Shown here one piece after another: positions 1 to 9,805 of a stretch of DNA of 64,000 nucleotides. A program made the translations under genes and the position numbers. The DNA is from an uncultured Ileibacterium sp. GTDB taxonomy: Bacteria > Bacillota > Clostridia > Peptostreptococcales > Anaerovoracaceae. Under the pieces are notes generated by a model. The model was given only the letters and a program-made list of their open reading frames with translations, made no database searches and had not been told where the DNA came from. The stretch lies in NCBI GenBank assembly GCA_902488835.1, contig CABTXQ010000001.1, positions 7,607 through 71,606 of the forward strand. The letters run 5' to 3'. Numbering within the stretch: position 1 is the first letter of the stretch; each line of letters begins with the position of its first letter.

Positions 1-1
1 T

Positions 2-2569
2 TACGGAATGGAAGGATATATTTATGATGATGAAGGCTGCATAAATAATGATGGGAGCATTGATATCAAGAGGAAAAATACCAATCACATAATTTTGCTG
101 GTAAAAAACATGGTTGGTCTTAGAAATTTATACAAAATGGTCTCAGTTTCACATATGAAATATTTTTACAAAAAACCGAGGCTGCCAAAATCAATTATAG
201 AAAAATATAGGGAAGGTATAATTATTGGAAGTGCATGCGAAGCAGGCGAGGTATATAGAGCAATTATAAATGGAATTCCTGAAGAAGAGCTGCTTAAAAT
301 CGCTTCATTCTATGACTATCTTGAGATACAGCCTAGGGGAAATAACAAGTTTCTCGTCGATAAAGGAATCCTTGCTTCAGAAGAGGATATTCTAAATGCG
401 AACAGAAGGGTACTTGAAATCGGTGACAAACTTGGCAAGTTAACAGTTGCCACGACAGATGCACATTATCCAACTCGTGAAGCGGCTATTTATAGAAATA
501 TAATAATGCACGGTATGGGATTTAGCGAGACAAATTCTAACAATCTCTATTTGAAAACAACCGATGAAATGATGAAGGAATTTAGCTACCTGGGTGACCG
601 TGCACATGAAGTTGTTATTGCAAACACAAATAAAATTGCCGAGATGATTGAGGTGATAAGGCCAACCCCTGAGGGAAAGTTTTATCCTGAAATACCAGGA
701 GCAAATGAAAAATTAAAGGAGATATGTTACGATAGAGCACATGAATTATATGGGAATCCGCTTCCGGATAAAATTGAACAGAGACTCAAAAAGGAACTTG
801 ATTCAATAATAGGTAACGGATATGCAGCACTTTATATAGCTGCGCAGATGCTTATTAAAAAGTCAGAAGAAGATGGATATCTGGTAGGAAGTCGTGGCTC
901 GGTCGGATCTTCATTTGCTGCAACTATGGCAGGAATAACTGAAATAAACCCTATCAAACCACATTATTATTGTCCAAAATGCAAGTATTTCGAGCTTTCA
1001 GAAGAGATTAGCAAATATGATGTAGGATTTGATCTACCAGATAAAAAATGTCCAAGATGCAGTACACTTCTAAAAAAAGATGGATTTAATATCCCTTTTG
1101 AGACATTCCTAGGATTTAAGGGGGACAAGGAACCGGATATTGATCTTAATTTTGCACCAGAGTATCAATCTACAGCACATAAGTATGCAGGCGAGATATT
1201 CGGTGAGAAAAATGTATTCAAAGCGGGGACGGTATCACGAATTAAAGAAAGGACGGCATTTGGATTCGTAAAAAAATATATTGAAGAGAACGAAATTGAA
1301 GCTTCTCAGTCAGATATTGATTATCTGGTTAAAGGCTGTAGCGGTGTTAAAAGGACTACAGGACAGCATCCGGGAGGAATTATAGTTCTACCAAAGGGGC
1401 ATGAGATCTATGAGTTTACTCCTATACAAAGACCTGCAAACAATCGAGATTCAGATATAATAACCACACATTACGATTATCACAAAATAGATAATAATCT
1501 GCTAAAACTTGATATTCTCGGTCATGATGCGCCTTCTATCTTAAGACATCTACAAGATATGACCGGCATAGATCCAAAATCTGTTCCGCTTGACGATGAG
1601 GAGACTATGAGCATCTTTACATCTTTAGATGCATTAAAAATAAAGATTAAAGGGTATAAATTTAAACATGGTACATATGCTATTCCTGAGTTTGGCACAC
1701 ATTTTACAAGAGGAATGCTCGACACGATAAAGCCAACAACCTATTCTGAACTTGTTAAGATGTCAGGATTCTCACATGGAACAAAGGTTTGGCAGGAAAA
1801 TGCTGAGGACTTGGTAAAGAATAAAATTGCCAGTATTAATGAAGTTATTTCATGCCGTGACGATATAATGAATTATCTTATAATCAAGGGAGTAGAAGAA
1901 AGCCAGGCATTCAGTATAATGGAGCATGTCAGGAAAAACAAAGATCTTACAAATGAGGAGCTTGCTATAATGAAGTCTCACGATGTACCGGAATGGTACA
2001 TTGATTCTTGTAAAACTCTTCAATATCTTTTTCCAAGAGCACATGCTGCTGCTTATGTGATGCATGCACTTAGATTTGCCTGGTTCAAGGTTAATTATCC
2101 GTTGGAGTTCTATTCTGCATATCTGAGTAAAAAAGTTGATGACTTTGATGTAGGAACTACAATGTCCGGCATTAGTGCAGTTTTAAGAAGAATAAATGAG
2201 CTTGAGAATATGGGCAATAATGCATCTCAAACAGAAAGAAATCAACTCACCGTTATGGAAGTAGTTTATGAAATATATGCAAGAGGATATGAATTCAGTC
2301 TTCCTATTCTTGGCATAAGTGATCCTTTAAAATTCAATGCATATGAAGGTAAAATTAATATTCCTTATCGTGCATTTAACGGTATAGGTGAAAATGCGGC
2401 GAAAAGCATTGATAAGGAATATAAAAAAGAAAAATTTTTATCACTCGACGATGTAAGATCAAGGACAAAATTAACTGAGAATAATATAGATATGTTGTCA
2501 AAATACAATGTGTTCGGGAATATTCCTAATTCTGCACAGATTTCAATTATGGAAATGTTGGGCATTTAA
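2..2569 (+). CDS. polC: DNA polymerase III PolC-type alpha subunit (5' part outside the window)
   Basis: PHP motifs (YGMEGY, HIILLVKN, GSACEAGE, TDAHY), GSRGSVGSS, Zn finger HYYCPKC...CPRC, catalytic PDIDLNF and KLDILG, C-terminal clamp-binding-like QISIM. The frame is open to the window edge. Confidence 0.96.
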   Translation, partial: YGMEGYIYDDEGCINNDGSIDIKRKNTNHIILLVKNMVGLRNLYKMVSVSHMKYFYKKPRLPKSIIEKYREGIIIGSACEAGEVYRAIINGIPEEELLKIASFYDYLEIQPRGNNKFLVDKGILASEEDILNANRRVLEIGDKLGKLTVATTDAHYPTREAAIYRNIIMHGMGFSETNSNNLYLKTTDEMMKEFSYLGDRAHEVVIANTNKIAEMIEVIRPTPEGKFYPEIPGANEKLKEICYDRAHELYGNPLPDKIEQRLKKELDSIIGNGYAALYIAAQMLIKKSEEDGYLVGSRGSVGSSFAATMAGITEINPIKPHYYCPKCKYFELSEEISKYDVGFDLPDKKCPRCSTLLKKDGFNIPFETFLGFKGDKEPDIDLNFAPEYQSTAHKYAGEIFGEKNVFKAGTVSRIKERTAFGFVKKYIEENEIEASQSDIDYLVKGCSGVKRTTGQHPGGIIVLPKGHEIYEFTPIQRPANNRDSDIITTHYDYHKIDNNLLKLDILGHDAPSILRHLQDMTGIDPKSVPLDDEETMSIFTSLDALKIKIKGYKFKHGTYAIPEFGTHFTRGMLDTIKPTTYSELVKMSGFSHGTKVWQENAEDLVKNKIASINEVISCRDDIMNYLIIKGVEESQAFSIMEHVRKNKDLTNEELAIMKSHDVPEWYIDSCKTLQYLFPRAHAAAYVMHALRFAWFKVNYPLEFYSAYLSKKVDDFDVGTTMSGISAVLRRINELENMGNNASQTERNQLTVMEVVYEIYARGYEFSLPILGISDPLKFNAYEGKINIPYRAFNGIGENAAKSIDKEYKKEKFLSLDDVRSRTKLTENNIDMLSKYNVFGNIPNSAQISIMEMLGI

Positions 2570-2583
2570 GCCCAACATTTTTT
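2553..2583 (+). terminator. Intrinsic terminator overlapping the polC stop
   Basis: AAATGTTGGGC-atttaa-GCCCAACATTT followed by TTT. Confidence 0.8.
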
Positions 2584-2595
2584 ATGAAAAAGGTA

Positions 2596-2650
2596 TTGAC
2601 AATATATGAATAGATGATAATATATACATATATGAAAGGGGTGTTCATAT
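2596..2650 (+). promoter_or_regulatory. Sigma-A-like promoter and SmtB/ArsR-type operator(s)
   Basis: TTGACA (2596-2601) with TAATAT 16 nt downstream; inverted repeat ATATGAA-N7-TTCATAT (2630-2650) overlapping the RBS; a degenerate copy ATATGAAtagatgATAATAT lies within the promoter. Confidence 0.6.
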
Positions 2651-2651
2651 T

Positions 2652-2972
2652 GTGAATAATAAAGAAGATAAGAAAGGAAAAGCAAGAAGGCTCGAAATCG
2701 ATGAACTCTATGATTTGGCGGAACTCTTCAAGGCCTTTGCCGATTCAACGAGGATAAGAATTCTGTATGACCTTTTCGATGAAGAAAAGAATGTTACTGA
2801 GATTACTGAAAATCTAGAGATGAATCAAAGTGCTATTTCTCATCAGCTTAAGCAGCTTAAGAATTACAAGCTTATCAAGTCTCGTAGAGAGGGGCAGTCA
2901 ATATATTATTCATTGGACGATGATCATGTTAAAACGATAATTGAGATGGGTGTTGAACATATTGACGAGTAA
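2652..2972 (+). CDS. ArsR/SmtB family metal-sensing repressor
   Basis: FKAFADSTRIRIL, QSAISHQL winged HTH, alpha5 site DDH...HIDE; GTG start. Confidence 0.92.
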   Translation: MNNKEDKKGKARRLEIDELYDLAELFKAFADSTRIRILYDLFDEEKNVTEITENLEMNQSAISHQLKQLKNYKLIKSRREGQSIYYSLDDDHVKTIIEMGVEHIDE

Positions 2973-2994
2973 ATTAATTTAAGGGAGGATTATT

Positions 2995-3213
2995 ATGAAA
3001 AAGAAATTTAATGTTACTGATGTTGACTGTGCAGATTGCGCAAGACAAATGGAAGAAGCTATTAACAAAATTGATGGCGTTACTAATGCAAAGCTTAATT
3101 TTTTAACTGAAAAATTAACAATCGAGGCTGATGATTCTGAGTTTAACAATATTCTTGATCTTGCAGAAGCTGAGATGAAGAAGATAGACAAAGGAGCAGC
3201 TATAGTAAGGTAA
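2995..3213 (+). CDS. Stand-alone heavy-metal-associated (HMA) domain protein
   Basis: 72 aa with DVDCADCA (CxxC); GGAGG RBS; directly upstream of the P1B-ATPase. Confidence 0.88.
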   Translation: MKKKFNVTDVDCADCARQMEEAINKIDGVTNAKLNFLTEKLTIEADDSEFNNILDLAEAEMKKIDKGAAIVR

Positions 3214-3234
3214 ACTAAATGAGGAAAATTAGCT

Positions 3235-5181
3235 ATGTCAACTTTTAACGATGATCAAAAAAACAAATTAATTTGTATTATCCTTTCAGCAATAATTACG
3301 ATAGGAATTGCTGGCTCTGAATTTCTTAACTTTATAAGTTTTGATTCCGAACGATCTTTTATTAGATTTTTACTCTACATAATTCCATACTTAATTGTGG
3401 GATTTCCAGTTGTAAAAGGTTCTTTATTTGATATTTCTAAGGGCAGGATATTTGATGAAGAATTTCTTATGACGATTGCCACAGCGGGGGCCTTATTTAT
3501 AGGAGAATATACTGAAGCTGTTGCGGTAATGCTACTATATCAGATTGGTGAACTATTCCAGGATTATGCAGTTAATAAGTCGAGGCGTTCTATCAAGGAA
3601 CTTATGGAGATTGCACCTACAGTAGCACTAAGAGAAATAGCTGGTGGTGATTATGAAGAAATTGAACCTGATGATGTCAGAATTGGGGATATACTTATAG
3701 TTAAGCCGGGAGAAAAGATACCAGTTGATGGTGCCGTTGTTTATGGAGAAAGTGAGATAAACACATCAGCATTAACAGGTGAAGCACTTCCAATATTCAA
3801 AAAAATCGGGGATAAAGTATTATCCGGTTGTGTTAATGGTGAATCTCTTATAAAAATTAAAGCTGAAAAAGAGTATATTGACTCAACTGTAGCAATAATA
3901 CTAGAACTTGTAGAAGAGTCAATGGATAAAAAATCTAAATCTGAGAAGTTTATCACAAAATTTTCCAGGTATTATACCCCGATTGTTGTAATATCAGCGT
4001 TGGCATTGCTCATAATTCCAGGAATAATTACTTCGAATTGGATGGAATGGATGATGAGGGCTTGCACATTCCTGGTAATATCTTGCCCGTGTGCACTTGT
4101 TATATCAGTTCCGCTTGCTTTCTTCGGCGGAGTCGGAGCAGCATCAAGAGAAGGAATTCTTGTAAAGGGTTCAAACTATCTTGAAGCATTGACAAAAGTT
4201 AAGACGATTATAACCGATAAAACCGGAACACTTACGACAGGAGAATTTCAGGTTACAGATGTTTACGCAGCAAGTGACTATACGAAGTCCGATGTCCTAA
4301 GACTTGCCTCATATCTTGAATCGTATTCAAACCATCCGATAGCTAATTCCATATGCCTTGCATATGATGAAATAAAAGAGAAATCAGATCATATAAATAA
4401 GGATGAAATAACTGATGTAAAGAATGAGTCAGGACTTGGCATAAGAGGCTATATAGATGGAGAACTTATTATTGCAGGAAATAAAAAGATGATGGATGAA
4501 AATAACATAGATACATCCGGGTTCAAATATCCTGACAATACATCTATATATGTTTCAAAAGAAGGCAAACTTGTCGGAATAATATCAATAAGTGATAGTG
4601 AGAAAAAAGAGGCAAGAGATGCATTGAGGCTTTTCAAAGATGATGGGGTAGAAAATTTCATAATGCTTACGGGAGATAGGAAAGAATCTGCTGAGAAGAT
4701 TGCAGAAAAACTTGGAATAAATGAATATTACTATGAACTTCTCCCTCAGGATAAGGTAAAAATAGTCGAAGAATTGATAGATCAAAATAAAAATGACAAG
4801 AATAACCTTATGGCATATTTAGGAGACGGAATTAATGATGCACCTGTATTATCTCGTGTAGATGTTGGAATTGCAATGGGAGGTGCCGGTTCAGATGCTG
4901 CAATAGAAGCTGCTGACATTGTTATTATGGACGATAACCTAAGAAGAATAGATAAGGCATTCAGAATAGCTAAGAGAACTGTTAAAATATCTTGGCAGAA
5001 TATAGTATTCGCTATTTTTATAAAAATACTTTTTCTAATACTTGGAGCTTTTGGAATAATAGGTATGTGGTGGGCTGTGTTCGCCGATGTTGGTGTCGCT
5101 GTTATATGCATATTGAATTCAATGAGGATGTTAAAAAAACATGAGGAAGTCAAAAAACTTGATTTTATAGAGAGTATGTGA
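3235..5181 (+). CDS. cadA: Heavy-metal (Zn/Cd/Co) P1B-type ATPase, CadA/ZntA-like
   Basis: TGE, CPC in TM helix, DKTGT phosphorylation site, HP, GDGINDAP, C-terminal AVFADVG. Confidence 0.92.
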   Translation: MSTFNDDQKNKLICIILSAIITIGIAGSEFLNFISFDSERSFIRFLLYIIPYLIVGFPVVKGSLFDISKGRIFDEEFLMTIATAGALFIGEYTEAVAVMLLYQIGELFQDYAVNKSRRSIKELMEIAPTVALREIAGGDYEEIEPDDVRIGDILIVKPGEKIPVDGAVVYGESEINTSALTGEALPIFKKIGDKVLSGCVNGESLIKIKAEKEYIDSTVAIILELVEESMDKKSKSEKFITKFSRYYTPIVVISALALLIIPGIITSNWMEWMMRACTFLVISCPCALVISVPLAFFGGVGAASREGILVKGSNYLEALTKVKTIITDKTGTLTTGEFQVTDVYAASDYTKSDVLRLASYLESYSNHPIANSICLAYDEIKEKSDHINKDEITDVKNESGLGIRGYIDGELIIAGNKKMMDENNIDTSGFKYPDNTSIYVSKEGKLVGIISISDSEKKEARDALRLFKDDGVENFIMLTGDRKESAEKIAEKLGINEYYYELLPQDKVKIVEELIDQNKNDKNNLMAYLGDGINDAPVLSRVDVGIAMGGAGSDAAIEAADIVIMDDNLRRIDKAFRIAKRTVKISWQNIVFAIFIKILFLILGAFGIIGMWWAVFADVGVAVICILNSMRMLKKHEEVKKLDFIESM

Positions 5182-5187
5182 TACTAT
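5159..5187 (+). promoter_or_regulatory. Sigma-A promoter of the rimP-nusA-infB operon
   Basis: TTGATT-N17-TACTAT with extended -10 TGn. Confidence 0.6.
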
Positions 5188-5207
5188 TCTCACGGTAGTT
5201 AATTCTT

Positions 5208-5238
5208 TGAAAGAGTGGGCATTCCCACTCTTTCATTT
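5208..5238 (+). terminator. Hairpin terminator/attenuator in the rimP leader
   Basis: TGAAAGAGTGGG-catt-CCCACTCTTTCA with an interrupted U tract. Confidence 0.7.
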
Positions 5239-5267
5239 ATGTTATTAACATATGTTAGGTATAATTT

Positions 5268-5756
5268 ATGTCAAAAAAAGATATATCATCAAAGGTTCAA
5301 GAAATGATAGTTGATTTTCTAAAGGATAATAACCTTTCAATTTATAAAATTGACTATAAAAAGGTAGGGAAAGAATGGAATCTAGATGTTTACATAGATA
5401 ATATATCAGATTCTGAAGAAAGATCTATCACAATAGAAGAATGTGAAATGGTGAATAGATATCTTAGCGATAAGCTTGATAAGGTAGATATAATACCACA
5501 TCAGTACAACTTATCTGTAAATTCCCCGGGGCTTGATAGAGAATTAATAAGTCAAAGAGATTTTGAGCGTTTTAAAGGACGAATTGTAGAAGTCAAATTG
5601 TACGAACCCATGGATAAAATGAAGCAATTTGAAGGAATTCTTCAAGGGTTAAAAGATGACATCGTTCTTATAATTGTTAGAAAAAATAACAAAGAAGAAC
5701 TTATTGAGATACCGAAAAATAAGATTGCCAAGATCAATCTTTCTGTAATTTTTTAG
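5268..5756 (+). CDS. rimP: Ribosome maturation factor RimP
   Basis: LDVYID, ITIEECE, YNLSVNSPGLDREL motifs; first gene of the nusA operon. Confidence 0.95.
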   Translation: MSKKDISSKVQEMIVDFLKDNNLSIYKIDYKKVGKEWNLDVYIDNISDSEERSITIEECEMVNRYLSDKLDKVDIIPHQYNLSVNSPGLDRELISQRDFERFKGRIVEVKLYEPMDKMKQFEGILQGLKDDIVLIIVRKNNKEELIEIPKNKIAKINLSVIF

Positions 5757-5765
5757 GAGGAATAG

Positions 5766-6908
5766 ATGAATATAGAATTTTTGGAAGCACTTGACGCTCT
5801 GGAGCAGGAGAGAAATATTTCCAAGGATGAGATAGTAGCTGCGATTGAAACAGCTATAGAAAATGCATATAAGAAAACATATCGTAAAAGTGGTGAGTCG
5901 TTCACCCCGGATGTAAAGGCTAATGTCGATAAAGAAACAGGAGATGTAAGCGTAATACTTAGAAAACAAGTTGTTAACGAAGTTCTGAATGAGGCAACTG
6001 AGGTATCAATCGATGAGGCAAGCGAGTATGGATATGAGATTGGTGATGTCATGGAATATAGTATTGATCCACAGGATTTTGGAAGAATTGCAACACAGTC
6101 AGCAAAACAGGTAGTCATACAGAAGATAAGAGAAGCCGAGCGCGAACACACATACGAAGACAATAAAGACAAGAAAAATAAGATTATAAGTGCGAAAATC
6201 GAGAGAATCAACAATGGCACAATATTTTTGAATGCAGGCACAGTAGAGGGGATACTTCCTAGATCGGAGCAGGTAAAATCTGAGAATCTTCAGGTTGGTG
6301 ACAGAATCATGGCTTATGTTACCGATGTCAAAAAAGATAGAAAGCGTGGGACTCAGATCTTCCTTTCCAGATCACATCCTGATTTTGTCAGAAAACTTTT
6401 TGAGATGGAAATCCCTGAAATTTCAGATGGTATAATTGAAATTAAGGGTATTGCAAGAGAAGCTGGTTCAAGAACAAAAATTGCAGTTCAATCTCATGAT
6501 GATAATGTTGATCCAGTTGGAGCATGTGTAGGTACAAGAGGAAACAGGGTTCAAACTATAGTGGATGAATTATTTGGAGAGAAGATAGACATCATAGTAT
6601 GGAGCGAAGACCCTACAGTCCTTATAAGCAATGTTCTAAAACCAGCTGCTGTTGAAGCGGTTTTCATAAATGAAGATGAAAATATTGCAACGGCACTGGT
6701 GCCTGAAAATCAGCTTTCACTCGCAATTGGAAGAGAAGGACAAAATGTAAGACTTGCTGCTAGGGTAAGCAAATGGAAGATAGATATAAAGAGCAAGTCT
6801 CAGTTACTTGAAAGCGGATTCAATTTTGACGAATATGAAGATGTTGATGAAGATGATCAGAATGAAAAAGATGAACAGATAGAAACAAATGATCAGAAAC
6901 AGGAGTAA
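5766..6908 (+). CDS. nusA: Transcription termination/antitermination factor NusA
   Basis: FGRIATQSAKQV, S1 and KH domains, AREAGSRTKIAV, SLAIGREGQNVRLAA. Confidence 0.98.
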   Translation: MNIEFLEALDALEQERNISKDEIVAAIETAIENAYKKTYRKSGESFTPDVKANVDKETGDVSVILRKQVVNEVLNEATEVSIDEASEYGYEIGDVMEYSIDPQDFGRIATQSAKQVVIQKIREAEREHTYEDNKDKKNKIISAKIERINNGTIFLNAGTVEGILPRSEQVKSENLQVGDRIMAYVTDVKKDRKRGTQIFLSRSHPDFVRKLFEMEIPEISDGIIEIKGIAREAGSRTKIAVQSHDDNVDPVGACVGTRGNRVQTIVDELFGEKIDIIVWSEDPTVLISNVLKPAAVEAVFINEDENIATALVPENQLSLAIGREGQNVRLAARVSKWKIDIKSKSQLLESGFNFDEYEDVDEDDQNEKDEQIETNDQKQE

Positions 6909-6914
6909 TACATA

Positions 6915-7190
6915 ATGAAACAACATATTCCTATGAGAAGATGCATAGGATGCATGAAGTCATATCCGCAAGATGAATTAATCAGGATTGTTTTTGATCA
7001 TAAATCAATAAAAATAGATATAAATAGATATATAGAAGGACGCGGAGCATACCTTTGTAAAAACAATAGTTGTGCAATCGAGGCAAAGAAAAAAAAGAGG
7101 TATGACCGAACGTTTAAATATAACTTTGAAAATAATGATATAGATAATTTGATTCAAGAAGTAATTAGTATCATAAATGGAGGTAATTAA
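6915..7190 (+). CDS. ylxR: YlxR (DUF448) RNA-binding protein
   Basis: PMRRCIGC, LIRIV, GRGAYLC; located after nusA. Confidence 0.92.
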   Translation: MKQHIPMRRCIGCMKSYPQDELIRIVFDHKSIKIDINRYIEGRGAYLCKNNSCAIEAKKKKRYDRTFKYNFENNDIDNLIQEVISIINGGN

Positions 7191-9790
7191 TGGCAAGAAA
7201 GGTTTCAGAACTTGCAAAAGAGCTTGAAATGACTATTGATGAAATTAAAATTCAGTCAGAAAGGCTTGGAATTGTGGTAAAAACTGCGAGAAGTAGTGTT
7301 TCCGATGAAGATGCAAAAAGGCTTACAAGCACTATGAACCTTTTACGTGGAAATTCTTCAATAAAATCCGATAAGGAAAATAGGCCAAAGATAAAGGCGA
7401 TTCCATTAAAGGCAGCACCTTCTAAAAAACCTAATCCTAAGAAAAAGGAAGAGGCAGTAGATTTGATGCCGAAAGAAAAAGTAAAAAAAGAAACTGAAGA
7501 ACCAATTAAAAAGGCTCCTAAGATTGATGATGCAAAAAAAGAAATTACTAAAGAATCAAATAAAAAAATTGAGAAGAAAGAAAAAGATGATTATATAAAT
7601 GCACCAAATAAACCTATGCGCTTTAAGAAGGTTTTTGATGCATCGACATTAAATAACGAAAAAGAAGAGAAAAAAGAAATATCAAAACCAAAGAAAAGCA
7701 CTAAAAAGAAAAATATTGAAAAACAAGCTTATAAGGATAGTGAAGCAAGGCCTGATAAAAGCACAAAAGATGTAAAGGAAGAAAGAAGAAAGAAGAACTT
7801 CAGTGCCAATAAAGAGAAGGCATCATCTGCTGCAAGGCCTCAGAGGGGAAAAAGCAAGAAATTCTTTAACAATGAAAACGATGGTGAAAGAGAACGTAGA
7901 AAGCGTATAAAGAAGGATAACGATAGAGGAAATAGTAAATATTTTGATGAAAGGTCCCTCGAAAAGAAGACTAGAAAGAAGAAGAATAAGCCAAAGATAG
8001 AGGAGCCGGTAGAAACACCAATTGAGGAGACTCTACCTGAGGGAACTGTTGCAATTACAGTACCTATAACCGTTGCTGGTTTATCAGAACAGGCGGAAAT
8101 ATCTACTTCAATGATAATAATGGAACTCATGAAGCTAGGTATTATGGCTACAATTAACCAGACCCTAGATAAGGATACTGTTGAGCTTCTTTCTGAGGAG
8201 CTAGGAGTGAAGATTGTAGTAACTGAAGAAGAGCCAGTAATTGAAGAAGAGGGTATTGATGCCTATGAGGATAGAGAAAGTGATCTTGAAAATAGAGCAC
8301 CTGTAATTACCGTAATGGGACATGTAGACCATGGAAAAACTTCACTTCTCGATGCAATCAGAAATACCAATGTTACTGCCGGTGAGTCAGGAGGTATCAC
8401 TCAGCATATTGGTGCATCAGAGATTGAAATTGATGGTAAAAAAGTTGTATGTCTCGATACACCTGGACACGAAGCTTTTACAACAATGCGTGCAAGAGGT
8501 GCGCAGATAACAGATATTGCAATTCTTGTAGTTGCAGCTGATGATAGCGTTAAGCCGCAGACGATAGAATCAATAAGCCATGCAAAGGCAGCAAATGTAC
8601 CTATTATTGTCGCAATCAATAAAATTGATAAACCAGGTGCAAATCCTGACAGAGTTAAAAAGGACCTTGCTGATAACGGAATTCTAGTTGAAGACTGGGG
8701 TGGAGAAGTTATAAGTGCGAATGTTTCTGCGAAGACAGGAGAAGGTATTAAAGAACTACTGGAAATGATACTTCTTCAAGCAGAAATCCTTGAGCTAAAG
8801 GCAAATCCTAATAGACTTGCACTTGGAAACGTCATAGAGGCAAGACTTGACAAATCAAAGGGCCCTGTTGCAACTCTCTTAGTTATGAACGGAACGCTCA
8901 ATACAGGGCAAAGCATAGTTGCCGGAACTACATATGGAAGAATAAGAAAGATGACTGATTTCAGGGGAAGGCAGATCAAAAAGGCCCTTCCATCAACTCC
9001 TGTAGAAATTCTAGGACTTAATGATGTTCCTATGGCTGGTGATGCATTTAACGCTGTAAAAGATGATAAGACAGCTAGAGAGATTGCAGAAAACAGATCT
9101 ATTAAGATGAGAGAAGATGTGCTTGCGAAAAACTCCAGTACGACACTTGAAAAACTCTTTAGCCAGATTAAAGAAGGTGAAATGAAGGAATTAAACCTTG
9201 TTATAAAGGGAGATGTACAAGGTTCTGTCGGCGCTATTATAAGTTCTCTTGAAAAGCTTAACACAGAGGATGTAAAGGTTAACGTTATACATAGCGGAGT
9301 AGGAACAATAACAGAATCTGATGTAATGCTCGCAGAAACTTCAAATGCTGTAATTATTGGGTTTAACGTAAGACCTACGACAAATGTTACAACAGAGGCT
9401 GCAAAATCTGAAGTAGAGATAAGGACATATAGGGTAATATACGATATTATTGATGATGTAGAAGCTGCTATGAAGGGACTTCTTGATCCTGAATTTAAGG
9501 AGGAAGTGCTTGGAAAGGTTGAGGTAAGAGAAACATTTAAGGTGCCTAACCTTGGAACTGTTGCGGGTGGTTATGTAACGGAAGGAAAGATTAGAAGAAA
9601 TGCGGAGATCAGACTTGTAAGAGATGGAATTGTTATTCATGAGGGTACGATCTCTTCACTCAGAAGGTTCAAAGACAATGTTAAGGAAGTCACTCAAGGG
9701 TATGAGTGCGGTATAGGCATTGAAGATTACAATGACTTAAAGATAGGGGATATCATGGAATGCTTCCATATGGTTGAGATAGAGAGATAG
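7190..9790 (+). CDS. infB: Translation initiation factor IF-2
   Basis: MGHVDHGKTSLLD, GGITQHIGA, DTPGHEAF, NKID, C-terminal GYECGI. Confidence 0.98.
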   Translation: MARKVSELAKELEMTIDEIKIQSERLGIVVKTARSSVSDEDAKRLTSTMNLLRGNSSIKSDKENRPKIKAIPLKAAPSKKPNPKKKEEAVDLMPKEKVKKETEEPIKKAPKIDDAKKEITKESNKKIEKKEKDDYINAPNKPMRFKKVFDASTLNNEKEEKKEISKPKKSTKKKNIEKQAYKDSEARPDKSTKDVKEERRKKNFSANKEKASSAARPQRGKSKKFFNNENDGERERRKRIKKDNDRGNSKYFDERSLEKKTRKKKNKPKIEEPVETPIEETLPEGTVAITVPITVAGLSEQAEISTSMIIMELMKLGIMATINQTLDKDTVELLSEELGVKIVVTEEEPVIEEEGIDAYEDRESDLENRAPVITVMGHVDHGKTSLLDAIRNTNVTAGESGGITQHIGASEIEIDGKKVVCLDTPGHEAFTTMRARGAQITDIAILVVAADDSVKPQTIESISHAKAANVPIIVAINKIDKPGANPDRVKKDLADNGILVEDWGGEVISANVSAKTGEGIKELLEMILLQAEILELKANPNRLALGNVIEARLDKSKGPVATLLVMNGTLNTGQSIVAGTTYGRIRKMTDFRGRQIKKALPSTPVEILGLNDVPMAGDAFNAVKDDKTAREIAENRSIKMREDVLAKNSSTTLEKLFSQIKEGEMKELNLVIKGDVQGSVGAIISSLEKLNTEDVKVNVIHSGVGTITESDVMLAETSNAVIIGFNVRPTTNVTTEAAKSEVEIRTYRVIYDIIDDVEAAMKGLLDPEFKEEVLGKVEVRETFKVPNLGTVAGGYVTEGKIRRNAEIRLVRDGIVIHEGTISSLRRFKDNVKEVTQGYECGIGIEDYNDLKIGDIMECFHMVEIER

Positions 9791-9805
9791 CATAAAGGTA
9801 TAGAT

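Noticed and set aside
7400..8030. Very A-rich, Lys/Glu-rich stretch in infB
   Set aside because: Normal low-complexity N-terminal region of IF-2.
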